A stretch of DNA of 64,000 bases from positions 123,070,001-123,134,000 of the forward strand of contig OX597819.1 of assembly GCA_951406725.2 (NCBI GenBank), written 5' to 3'. The stretch comes from Octopus vulgaris (taxonomy: Eukaryota). The notes under the pieces are model-generated. The model was not told the origin of the DNA. It searched no databases and worked only from the letters and a program-made list of their open reading frames with translations. Positions 26,979-39,066 of the stretch are shown one piece after another. The position numbers were made by a program, and so were the translations under genes. The stretch's first letter is position 1, and every line of letters begins with the position of its first letter.

Positions 26979-27890
26979 ATGTCCAGAGCATGGAGACGTG
27001 ACGAGCTGGATTTATTCGTACGAGCATGGGAGTGCGCCGGCGGAGATAGCTCTAGCGAGGTGATTGCGGCTGCGCTGAAGAGCAGAGGCTACAAGAGGAC
27101 GGCGGCTCAGATGGAGCGAAAGAGACAGGAATTCGTGCGCTCATATGCGCTTGTACGGTCGCACATTGGCGCACTTGATGCCATCTTTGAGAACGAGCGG
27201 GGCAAAGATGGCAAGAATGGAGACGATGAAAGAAGTCACCCCCACCTGGTGGACGCCCGGGAGGAGGTTTTGAATGAGAAACCTGCCCGGGAAGTGAACC
27301 CAGGTGCAAGTTCTCCAACCGGCAGCAAGGGCCATGGAGACGGAGAACCCGGTGAAGAGGTAGAGGGAGGAAGAAGAACTAAAAGAAGGACTGGAAGAGC
27401 TAAAGGAAAAGAAAAAGCTCAAGCAGGACCAAAGAGTGAAACAACCAGAAATAGAAGTGGAACCGCAAAGGATGGAACCAAACAGCGCACACGGATGTGT
27501 ATGTTCTACCTGAGAGGTTCCTGCTGGCATGGAAAGGAAGGTGCAGGCTGCCGCTTTGCACATCGGGGACCCTGCCACAGAGACACGAGGCAGATGGACA
27601 AACCATCAACACAAAGAAAAGGGATGGACCACGCACCACCTGCCCCAAAGCGGAGGTACGCAGATGTTGTGCGCGCCACAAACAGCCAACATGATGTTGT
27701 CGAAAGAGCAGCTGCTGAGCAACAATCTTTTTTGTGCATGGCACAAAAGATTGTACAGCAGCTGACCTGGCTTCATCAAACCCAAGCCCGCAGGTGGGAC
27801 TACCCACTATATACCAGACCACCACAGCAAACAGACACAGGATGGACACCGCCGGCAACAACGTACACCTCACCTCGATACTCCTACTGA
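26979..27890 (+). CDS. LINE ORF1: N-terminal Myb/SANT-like (trihelix) domain, basic linker, CCCH zinc finger
   Basis: W-RRDELDLFVRAW..IAAALKSRGYKRTAAQMERKRQEFVRSY matches the trihelix pattern W..E...L...W..IA..L...GY.RT..Q...K...L...Y. CMFYLRGSCWHGKEGAGCRFAH is C-x7-C-x8-C-x3-H. Confidence 0.8.
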   Translation: MSRAWRRDELDLFVRAWECAGGDSSSEVIAAALKSRGYKRTAAQMERKRQEFVRSYALVRSHIGALDAIFENERGKDGKNGDDERSHPHLVDAREEVLNEKPAREVNPGASSPTGSKGHGDGEPGEEVEGGRRTKRRTGRAKGKEKAQAGPKSETTRNRSGTAKDGTKQRTRMCMFYLRGSCWHGKEGAGCRFAHRGPCHRDTRQMDKPSTQRKGMDHAPPAPKRRYADVVRATNSQHDVVERAAAEQQSFLCMAQKIVQQLTWLHQTQARRWDYPLYTRPPQQTDTGWTPPATTYTSPRYSY

Positions 27891-30800
27891 ACATCAGAGG
27901 ACTGCAAACACTCAGTAACAGGACAAAGATCCCGTTCCTGAGAGACTTTGTTGCATGCAATCAAGCCATATGCATAGCACTTACAGAAACGCACCTGAAA
28001 CCGGACATAGCAGATGCGGAGTTACACATACCACAGTATGCTGTACTAAGGACCGACAGGAAAGAAAGGAGTCATGGAGGTGTTGCTATGTACATCCGTG
28101 AGGACCTCACACCCCAGGTCCTCTTGTCATACTCAAACTCGGTGTGTGACACACTAATTGTACATATTAAGCAACTTGATGTAGTTGTGTGTGCTACATA
28201 TCGCCCTCCAGATGCCCCAAGCCATGTGGGCAAGTTTGAAGACTGCCTTATAAAAATAGAAGAAATTCTAACCACATTAGAACAACACATAGGTGTGCTT
28301 CTTATGGGAGACTTCAATCTGCCCAATGTCAGATGGCCCGAGGGCCTTTCTCTCCCAGGAATGACAAGATGTGAACGAGGACAGGCGAGGTCCCTCCTGA
28401 ACCTCATCAACACCCTGTACATGGAGCAGGTAATACTCCAACCAACCAGGGCAGGTAACACACTGGATCTCTGCTTCACAAATGACATGGATCTCATCCA
28501 TAATGTGAAAGTGACACCGACACTACTCTCGGATCACAACATGATAGAGCTGACCATGTACGGGCCAAAAGAGAGCACGGACATGCAGCCTACAAGAAAC
28601 CCTCAAAATCTTTCCAGCTTGAACTACCATAAGGCAAACTGGAAACAAATTGAGAAAGAGATCCTCAAACAAAACTGGCCTAAATGTCTCTCCTCGCCAG
28701 ACATCGACGTGAAACTTCAACAATTCATGTCTGTAATGCAAGCCATATGCTACAAATGTGTCCCAGAGAGAAAGGCCACTGTACACAAGAACAAAATCCC
28801 CAGAGAGAGGAAAATTTTAATGAGACGGCGTACGAAATTTTCAAATCGCCTAAACAAACAGATTGAAAGCAGTGAAAAGTCCCGCCTAAAAATAAAACTG
28901 TTGGAAATCGAAAAATGTCTGCAACTCTCCCATGAAAAAGAAAGAGCAGACAAAGAAGCCTGGGCTATAGAAAACATAAAATCTAACCCCAGAGCTTTCT
29001 ACAGGTATGCCAAAGAAACAGCTACAGTGCACTGTAGAATAGGGCCACTCCTCGAAAAGGATGGCACACTTACAGGAAAACCAATGAGGGTAAGTGAAAT
29101 ACTGAATGAGCAATTCAAGAGTGTTTTCACTCCACCCCTTGGGCATCTCCAAATCACCAATCCAACTGACTTTTTTACCACTGCAGATATAAAATCAGAG
29201 GCGGCGACGATAGATTACATCGATATAAAGGAAGACGATGTAACCAAGGCTATAGATGAAATGAAAACAGACTCAGCTACTGGCCCCGATGGATTCCCGG
29301 CAATCCTCCTAAAAGCATGTAAGAGAGTCCTAGCAAGACCACTGCAGTTCCTCTTTCAGAGCTTCCTTGCAGCTGGCAAACTTCCAGGAAAACTGAAGGA
29401 AGGTAAAATATGCCCCATTCATAAAGGAGGTAGCAGAGCGGAAGCCAAGAACTATAGACCTATCTCTCTGACCTCACACATCAGCAAGGTCATGGAACGA
29501 ATAGTCAGAAGGAAGCTGATCACCTTCCTTGAAGAGAATGACTTGCTGCCCGACACCCAACATGGTTTCCGACCAGGGAGAAGCTGTTTAACTCAGCTCC
29601 TACAACACTATGACTGGGTGCTGAAACGGCTGCTCAACCACTCAAATGTGGAAGTGATATATCTCGACTTTGCAAAGGCCTTTGATAAAGTCGATCATGG
29701 AATGATATGTCACAAACTGCGTGATCTCAACATAGTTGGAAAACTGGGAGAATGGCTTCATGACTTTCTGAAGGATAGAAGTCAGGTGGTAGTAGCCAAT
29801 GGGGCCACCTCCATTAACACACAAATAGTGAGCGGTGTTCCGCAGGGCACTGTTCTGGGACCACTACTGTTCATAATGGCCCTCTCAGACATGCCCTCAG
29901 CCACGCAGAGAGCCACGATCACAAGTTATGCAGACGATACAAAAGTTTCACAGGCAATACAGAACCCTGAGGACACTAAACACCTGCAATGTGAGCTGGA
30001 CGAAATATACAAGTGGGCTAAAAACAATAGCATGCAGTTCAATGCTGGAAAGTTTCAAGCTTTATACTATCAGCATGCAAAACTGAATGCAATACCCAAT
30101 GAATACACTGGACCCGGAGGGATTGCAATCCCAGAGGCACAATCAGTGCGTGACCTGGGTATTCACATGAGTGATGACGCGACCTTTCATGTACATGTTG
30201 CTAAACTGACAATGAAATGTAGACGGCTGGCTGGATGGATTCTTAGAACCTTTAGAACAAGAGAACAAGAAACCATGATGGTCCTCTGGAAGACACTTGT
30301 CCTAAGCCACTTTGACTATTGCTCTCAGCTATGGTCACCATCCAGTGTCAAGTTGATCACAGAACTTGAGGCGATCCAACGAAGCTACACAAAGAAGATA
30401 GCCTCTATGCAGAATGTAAGCTACTGGGAAAGACTCAAGAGATAAAAATTATATTCCCTGGAGCGTAGGCGGGAAAGATATGCCATAATATACATCTGGA
30501 AGATCCTGGAGGGAAGTGTCCTGAACTTTGGCATCGAGAGTTACGCAAATGCCAGAACTGGGCGCCACTGCGTGGTGCCTAGGACTCCAAACCTGCCATC
30601 AAGATGTAGGACAAGATTCTGTGATAGCCTGGGCTTCCGAGGCCCACAGCTCTTCAATATCCTCCCGAAGAACCTGAGAGACCTGCATGGGGTGGATACA
30701 GATGTCTTTAAAATGAAGCTGGATCTCTTCCTGTCAGGTGTCCCAGATGAACCAACTTCACGGCAGGAGGGGCAGATGAGGGCAGCTGCATCGAACTCTC

Positions 30801-30900
30801 TCATGCACCAAATAGCAGTTGCTAGAAGCCTCCATGAAGTGAAACCAAGTAGCAACACCAAATGGCGGTGCCCCAGCATGGCCACAGCTCATAGGCTGAA
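27842..30900 (+). CDS. LINE ORF2 (APE endonuclease + reverse transcriptase) with one in-frame TAA at 30443-30445
   Basis: LNIRGL, LTETHL, GGVAMY, YRPP, GDFN, LDL, SDH (APE). [39 protein letters not shown] (RT). The same frame resumes after the stop with KLYSLERRRERY..FNILP..LDLFLSGVPDEP. First ATG at 27842. Confidence 0.95.
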
Positions 30901-30926
30901 ACTAGAATCAATCAATCAATCAATCA

Positions 30927-30961
<35 letters not shown>

Positions 30962-31214
30962 ATCTTTCTCTCTTTCATTCTCGCTTCAGTTTCCGTCTCC
31001 AAGTCCTTTAATACTAACAAATACTGGAAAGATTCCTGCAAGTGTTTATTTGTGCCATACAGAACAATCTTATTTACTAGAGCTAACGATACATAGGAAG
31101 TGGGTTGTTAAGTATACACACCAGAAGTAAGAAGGCAGGCAATAGAGCCGTCGAGGCTCCAAAAAATGCTGGTAAACAATAGCTACCTAGCAGATGGCTT
31201 TATGAGCACCAAAG

Positions 31215-31552
31215 AAGGCACATGGCTCAGTGGTTAGAACAACGGGCTCACAATCATGAGGTCGTGTACTCGATTCCCGGACCAGGCTCTGTGTTGTGTT
31301 CTTGAGCAAGTTACTTTATTTCACGTTACTCCACTTCACTCAGCTGTAGAAATGATTTGCGGCGTCATTGGTGCCAAGCTGTATCGGTATTTGCCTTTCT
31401 CTTAGATAACATCGATGGCGTGGAGCAGGGAGGCTGGTATGCATGGGCGAATGCAGGTCTTCCACAAACAACCTTTCCCAGAATCGTACCTCGGACGGGA
31501 ACTATCTAGGTGCAATCCCCATGGTTATTCATGACCGATGGTGAGGGTCTTT
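31215..31552 (+). mobile_element. tRNA-derived CORE-like SINE
   Basis: A-box TGGCTCAGTGG, degenerate B-box, CORE-like TTGTGTTCTTGAGCAAG..ACTTTATTTCAC..CACTCAGCTG. Confidence 0.75.
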
Positions 31553-32119
31553 ACAAACCGAAAAAAGGTTCACCCTAAACAACACTTGCTTTTCATGGAT
31601 ACCACACTTTAATGAAATCATAAGAAAGATTTGGATAAACAACTAACACACACAGGGCATCTTCCTGAAATATTTACTGTCTGGTAGGCAAGCCACACAT
31701 GGCAACATTGTGTGTACGTCATCCAACTGTCCTATTAAGAACTTAGACAAATATTTTACAGACTGTTCATTATTTCTTGTAATTTTTAATGAAAGCCATG
31801 TTGAGTAGAGGATGAATACTTCAAACTGAGGTCACATACCTAAAAGCATAAGCAACTTCGAGCTTCTTTAGGATCAATGGTTTTCAGGAATATATGTGAT
31901 TACTGTTCATAAGACATTGCACTGTCAGCGTGCTTTGTATATGGTAATACACGAGTATTCCTAATAAGATGGAGATAAAACTACGAAGATCTTTTATTAA
32001 GTGGAACTGTAAGAACATTGAAAGCTGCGTAACTTACTTGAACATATATTAACACGAATGATGAAATATTATTGTGATGTCTTATGTAGATATACACATT
32101 TATTTGTATAATTCTGCTT

Positions 32120-32121
32120 TT

Positions 32122-32166
<45 letters not shown>

Positions 32167-32221
32167 CATACATACATATATATACATACATATACATACA
32201 TACATACATACATATATATAT

Positions 32222-32287
<66 letters not shown>

Positions 32288-32951
32288 GTATATATATAAA
32301 TTTATCTGTATACCCACGAGCATATTCCTAAAAAGAGAAGCTGGTGCACGCATTTTTAATAGAGTGAGCATTAATATGCACGGTCAGGAAAAAAATAAAA
32401 CAATGAATAAGACTTCTTCTGTGCTTTTCATTTAAAGAGGAAATGCACCGTTTATAATCATCACTGTATCAACTGCACTAGATATGACAGGTTGACAAAG
32501 CATATTGGAATGTAATTATATATATATATAAATGTGTTTATGCATATTTATATAAATATATTTATATAAATGTATAAATATATATATGTACATATATAAA
32601 TGTATATATATATACGTTTATATATATAAATTCATATATATATATATATATATAAATGCATATATATATATATACATTTATATATATAAATGTATATATA
32701 TATACACATTTATATATATAAATGAATATATATATATATATATATATATAAATATGTATATATTTATATATATAAATGTATATATATATACATTTATATA
32801 TATAAATGAATATATATACATATATATATTTATATATAAATGAATATATATATATATATAAATATATAAATATATATATATATATATACATGTATATATG
32901 TATATATAAATATATAAATATATATATATACATGTATATATGTATATATAA

Positions 32952-33036
<85 letters not shown>

Positions 33037-33398
33037 TGTATGTATGTATGTATGTATGTATGTATGTATATATACATTGCAAATATTGTCATTGTTCTTT
33101 CGGGATATGACTATACGTATAGTGCACACAAATCAATGGCAACCTGGAAAATATTTTATTTTGTACTGTTTTTCTGCAAATTCTTCGAAATTACATTTCT
33201 GTGTTAATGGACCCCGGAAACGAACACAAGTGCATAAAAAGATAAATAATGCAAAACTTCATCACAATATTGGATATCACCGCTGTATATATGTGTATAT
33301 AAGTGAATGTGCATATATGTGTGTGCGAGTGAATATATATATATATACACATATAGATATATATATATACATATATATATATTCGTATATATATATAC

Positions 33399-33463
<65 letters not shown>

Positions 33464-33524
33464 TATATACATATATATATACATATATATACATATATAT
33501 ATATACATACATATATATACATAC

Positions 33525-33589
<65 letters not shown>

Positions 33590-33597
33590 TATATATG
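32120..33597. repeat. Extended (TA)n/(TATG)n/(TATAAA) low-complexity region with short unique inserts
   Basis: Directly visible. Confidence 0.95.
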
Positions 33598-34200
33598 ACT
33601 GTTGCTTTCTTTGGCATGAAAACAGGGAAACTAAAAGAATTCCAAGCACTTATAAATGGACTTGAAATAAACATTCAATTCACTTCCCTTTCTTCGACAT
33701 CCTCTTTAAGAAATCTAACAACGTAATAGAAACAGCTATATACTATAAGCCCACGGACTCCAAGCAATATCTATCCTTCAACTCATGCCACCCCAGACAC
33801 ACCAGAATGAATATCTCCTTCAACCTAGCAAAAAGGATATGTACTATAGTTTCTAATGCAAGCACCAGAGACATACGACTACATGAACTAGATGATGCAC
33901 TCGTCACCAGGAACTACCCACCTCCACTAATTGACATATGCTTTCAACGTGCCCTTCATCTCAACGTCCACGAACTCACATCCCAAATTAAAGAAGGATT
34001 TACAACCAAAAGCCCAACCATATATCTCCACACACAACCCTCTTAACAAATGAAGACTTCAACACCATCCTTGAAGACATTCCCCTGCTAGAAAAGGACC
34101 ACAGAATGAACTTAATCTTCCAAACGCACACCATCATAAAAAACAAGAGACAATCCAAATCTATGAAAAGTCTCCTGACACACGCCTGAATACGCTCAAC
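33597..34200 (+). mobile_element. Penelope-like element RT thumb/linker fragment next to (TA)n
   Basis: YYKPTDSKQYLSFNSCHPRHTRMNISFNLAKRICTIVSN..LVTRNYP matches the PLE K.T...YL...S.HP...R.YP signature. Confidence 0.85.
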
Positions 34201-34589
34201 AAGAACACAGTTGTTTTCGTTCGGTTTCCTTGTGTGTCTCCAGTGTCTTGTTTTTGTCCCAACTTTGACCCTCCATAAATCCCAAATTATATTTTGGAAT
34301 TTATAGGAGTAACTGCTTTCCAGGATTCATATTGTCGTTGAATGCTGGAAATGAGGAGTAGATAGACAGCCGACAATTAATGAAGGGTCATTCTCTGTGT
34401 TATTTGTCCAGCTATTCATTTTTCTCCTGTTTTGTTTTGCCTATTTAACTCGTTTATATTCGTACTTCATGTTATTCACACAGTTGGTGACGTCCTGTAC
34501 CCATATATGCACACACACAAACACACATATATATGCAATTTATATTATTATATACATACACGTATATATTTACATATATGCATATACAT

Positions 34590-34642
<53 letters not shown>

Positions 34643-35045
34643 AGTTATGATTTTAGTTTGGAGGAAAGGACTTTTCCATTTAACTTTGCATACGTTCGTT
34701 CCTTCAATGACTGTTGTGTTTGTTGATTATCATAAACTAACTTCTGCTGGAATAGTATTCCAGAGTGTGATTTGAAGGGACCTGATCTGCTATTATCAAA
34801 CATTCGACCTGCTAGAAGCGCCATGTCTGGCTTATTTATTTTATAAGGTTATTAAGCGCTAGCACTGCAGTGACTTTAATGGTTATACCCTGCTGAACCT
34901 CGGGTTATGGATAAATAAGTATGTTATATAGAGCTGCAATGTTCGCTTGAAGTATAATAATGAATTGCACGAAACGTTAAGGTATAAATCTAATTGTGAA
35001 GTACCAATAAATCTTTTGATTTAACTGTGCTTAATTCTTTACCTA

Positions 35046-35272
35046 TTTCTTTACTACCTACAAGAGGCTAAACACAGAGAGGACAAACAAGGACAGACAA
35101 TGGATTAAGTCGATTATATCGACCCCAGTGTGTAACTGGTACTTGTTTAATCGACCCCGAAAGGATGAAAGGCAAAATCAACCTCGGCGGAATTTGAACT
35201 CAGAACGTAGTGGCAGACGAAATGCCGCTAAGAATTTCGCCCGGCGTGCTAACGTCTCTGCCAGCTCAGCGC
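35046..35272 (-). mobile_element. SINE family B long-tail monomer with 16-bp TSD
   Basis: Direct repeat cttaattctttaccta at 35030-35045 and 35273-35288. Confidence 0.9.
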
Positions 35273-35786
35273 CTTAATTCTTTACCTACTATGCAAGCCA
35301 TCAGTGACACATCGCCTTATATTCTTAATAGGAGTAACGGGTAACGCCCAATGATCCTTTTGTCTTTTCTCTAGCCTCACGTTGCATTGGACCAAACAAT
35401 ATCATTTCAGTTTCAGGAAGTGTACAGAGAGTACGTCCCTTGATATTTCCGGGAAATTTTTCAGTTTGAATCACTAAAAGCTGAGATAGGGCCCGTCAAG
35501 AAGGCTGCAAATCACTGTCATCTCCATCAGTGAAACAACGCTACCCATAAAAATATTTTTATAGATTATAGTCTGAAATATAGTTTGTAGAAAATGTTTT
35601 CTAAATAGATGGAAAAAACATAATTGGAGGTATAATAAAGGTTTTAACTATTTTTAACATGTATATCCCAGGTGATTTACGTGGTGCAAAATATAGAATA
35701 TATTATGAATTTGCAGAAGTTACGGACGATACTCATGCTATAAATTAATGTGGTAGTTTATATAGAGGACTTGAACTAATATATGA

Positions 35787-36010
35787 TCAACCGTTCAGTA
35801 TTCAGATTACTCTGTCATATGCAATACTTAATTATTCACATTGTTTTGAATTTATCATACATTTTCCTGTAGATTGGAATTTTCAATGTCGTGGCAGATT
35901 TTAGTATGACATTTTAAGGTAGGTGTGAGAAGCTTGTTCTGGTCAGTTTAGACAGAAAACAGGTAGACTAGTTGGGCCTGATATGGCCCGTTTGAGTACT
36001 AACGGATTAA
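35787..36010. mobile_element. Degraded piggyBac-like MITE
   Basis: tcaa-ccgttcagtattcaga ... tttgagtactaacgga-ttaa: imperfect TIRs with a TTAA-like target. Confidence 0.45.
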
Positions 36011-36698
36011 AATGTTTTAAAAGTGCAGAGTTCATAACAAAATTAGACCACTGCTGCAGAAGAAAATATGGCGCAAAATAAGCCTGGTAGGCAAATAGTC
36101 TAAATGCTTTATATACTTTAGATGAGACCAAAGCAGCAGCTAATATTTAATAAATATGGACGTAGTATAATTCCAAATGTGAAGGGCTAAATTATAGATT
36201 TAAAGTCGTCATAGTTCAAAATTTGTCAGAAAGAGTTATTTTAAACTTTATGTCGCTGAGAAAAATGTACATCGTCATTTTTTTTCTCAAGCTCTTCAAA
36301 ACTGAGTTTGATGAGAATTGAGTTTACAAAAAACTTCGTCCGCTTTCATTGATGTTGCTTCTGTTTACTTTAACCCTTTCCAATATTATTTGAATAAGCA
36401 CGAAAAATAGTTATTTGTAGTGTTATATGTTTTAATATTGTTTTTGTAGCTGTATTCCTTCTCTATAACTTTTGTCTAACGTGTTTGAGATTTGAATAAA
36501 TCATATTTCTTTTCTAGCGTGTGACGATGACGAGATAAATAGAAAAACGAAAAGAAAAAAAAGGAGACTTTATATTACAACGCAGTTTTTATACAATTAA
36601 CAGTTATGAGTAATATCTTAATGTGATAAAATGAATAATTTGTCATTAATTGCTTAATTTTTTCTATTAATTCTCCTTTTTTTAAATATATTTTTCAG

Positions 36699-36736
36699 GC
36701 AATGGAGAAATATATGAAGAAATGCAATCAAGCTGA
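36699..36736 (+). CDS. Putative short terminal coding exon of the GPCR ((G)NGEIYEEMQSS*)
   Basis: Long T-rich tract ending tttttcag at 36698. Its phase is compatible with the donor AG|GTATGT at 2153/2154. Followed by UTR-like (ACT)n/(GAT)n sequence. This is a prediction only. Confidence 0.35.
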
Positions 36737-36766
36737 CACCGATTCGTTTAATTTCATCATTCCATT

Positions 36767-36767
<1 letters not shown>

Positions 36768-36815
<48 letters not shown>

Positions 36816-36909
36816 GCAACTACTATTGCGGAGGCTGGACTAGAGTTAGATAAGTTGAAGAAAAGCAGCTGTGCAGGAGAAATCAAAAGGTGGTCAAGAA
36901 GAACAAAAA

Positions 36910-36941
<32 letters not shown>

Positions 36942-36972
36942 CAACAAGGATGATGGTTATGATGATGGTGGT
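36768..36972. repeat. (ACT)n and (GAT)n trinucleotide repeats
   Basis: Directly visible. Confidence 0.95.
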
Positions 36973-37875
36973 GTTGTTGCTAGGGGAATATATAATGATA
37001 ACACAGAAATGGTTGTGTGTTGGAAAGAGGAAGGCAACATATATAGATATGCTAAATTAATCGGATTACTCCTGTAGATACTGTAACGATCAGACTGCTG
37101 AGAAGTGATCCGCCACATTTCACTGTCTAATCATTCACCTTAGATAAAAGTGCATCTGGTTCATTTTAATTCTCTCCTTCTCTTGCTCGAAGTGGACAGA
37201 AAGCCAGTATAAGGTCAGCTTAACACACAAATTTAAGACAGATATAAAGAGTCCCGTGGAGTAGAAATATATAATAGCTGAATCTACTTTCTGGTTTCTA
37301 TTATCACTTGTATATAATACAATTTTCTTGATAAGGTATGAATAACAGCAATAAAATGAGAAGTTGCGTTTTGAACGAAATTATTATTACTATTTATATT
37401 AAACACTATCATATCATTTTTATTCAGGATAGAAAATATCATACCAAAGCCATGAGAGAAACCGTTTTTGCATGTCAACAATGGAGTTAATATATGTACA
37501 TACAAAGAACTGAAGCACTTCTATTCTCAGATACGGACGAAAATATAGTCCGCATAATGTATATATGTATGTATATGTGCATGTATACATTAACATATAT
37601 ACATATAGGAATACACATATACATTATCTGGATGATGTATACAGAAATACATACATATAACACATCGGTACATACATACATGCATACATACATACATACA
37701 AACATATATACATGTATATATATATATAAACTATATATATAAATACAAATTTACATATATGTTTATAAATGACATACTTATGTAGATACATACACGTAAA
37801 TTACACACGCACATATACACATATACATACACCTATATATAGATTGTTTGAATATATATATGCATGTGTATGTAT

Positions 37876-37925
<50 letters not shown>

Positions 37926-38359
37926 TACATATATATATATATATATATGTATATGTATATATATACACACTTTTATATATTTATGAGACATATATACATA
38001 TATAAATAAACATTTCTCTTTCTCTTTTTCTCTCTCTCTCTCTCTCTCTTTCTTTATATATTCATTTTAAGATCCACAAAGATCAGAACTTAACTGCTGC
38101 TCTTGATGGTCCAAATCGGTTATGCAATTTATAAGAGTGTATTTTCAAAACAGCCAGCTGGAGGAGGTGTCCTCCTGGGGCTACAAGTTACAGTAGCATC
38201 CACCCTTAGGGGTTTGCCATATTTAAATGGCAAATATACTTCACGATATTTTCAAAACATTTTCCGGTTTAAAAAGCTACATCAGATGTTATGATTGTTC
38301 TAAGATCTAGGTAGAGGAGGTGGTCAAACTCTGCATAAGGAGTAGACAACCATCGTATG

Positions 38360-38403
<44 letters not shown>

Positions 38404-38458
38404 TAAAATATATAAAATATACTCACTAATATTATATATATGTATATACATACATATT

Positions 38459-38525
<67 letters not shown>

Positions 38526-38647
38526 ACAAGATAAGGGCAAAAGAAAAATTCTAATGCCAAATATGCCGAAAAAAAGACAAAAATTGTCAATCACCATTAT
38601 AATTTATGCGTCTCGAAACAAACCAATAGAAATTTCTAAAAATTCGT

Positions 38648-38712
38648 TATTACCGTATTGGTCTAATTTCGGAGTTAATTCATAAGAATTTTCCCCTCTT
38701 CAGCGGCAAATA
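38648..38712 (-). ncRNA. Type I hammerhead ribozyme, mirror copy
   Basis: Reverse complement of the 39002 motif. The only difference turns a stem II G-C pair into G-U. Confidence 0.78.
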
Positions 38713-39001
38713 CGTGAGATATAAATGAAATACTTACTCATACCCATGGAAAAAGCAAGCACCAAGTCCCGAGCAGACCTAAGTACCCCAAATATATCCA
38801 AAATAGAAAATCTTCGGCACATCTCGAGACACGTGTGATTCGAACTAGAAACTTTCACAGAGTGAGAGAATCCGGAAGTGAACTTCCGAAGATGTGCCGA
38901 AGATTTTCTATTTTGGATATATTTGGGGTACTTAGGTTTGCTCGGGACTTAGTGCTTGCTTTTTCCATGGGTATGAGTAAGTATTTCACTTATATATCAC
39001 G

Positions 39002-39066
39002 TATTTGCCGCTGAAGAGGGGAAAATTCTTATGAATTAACCCCGAAATTAGACCAATACGGTAATA
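39002..39066 (+). ncRNA. Type I hammerhead ribozyme (minimal stem III)
   Basis: Stem I tatttgccg/cggtaata; CTGAAGA 39011-39017; stem II GGGG/CCCC with inner AATTC-ttat-GAATT; GAAA 39044-39047; stem III ATT/AAT; cleavage triplet AUA ending at 39058. Confidence 0.8.

Larger units (their letters stand above)
25181..30930 (+). mobile_element. Near full-length CR1-group LINE: 5' AT-rich array, ORF1, ORF2 (APE+RT), (TCAA)n tail, bounded by (TA)n
   Basis: Two overlapping ORFs, a 3' tail (tcaa)n and (TA)n on both sides. The 5' boundary is uncertain (25181 or about 25359), and including the array is an inference. Confidence 0.85.

Noticed and set aside
30443-30445. A-to-I editing rescue of the LINE TAA stop
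   Set aside because: It would need two edits and give Trp at a Leu position. A simple TTA to TAA mutation or a sequencing error is more parsimonious.
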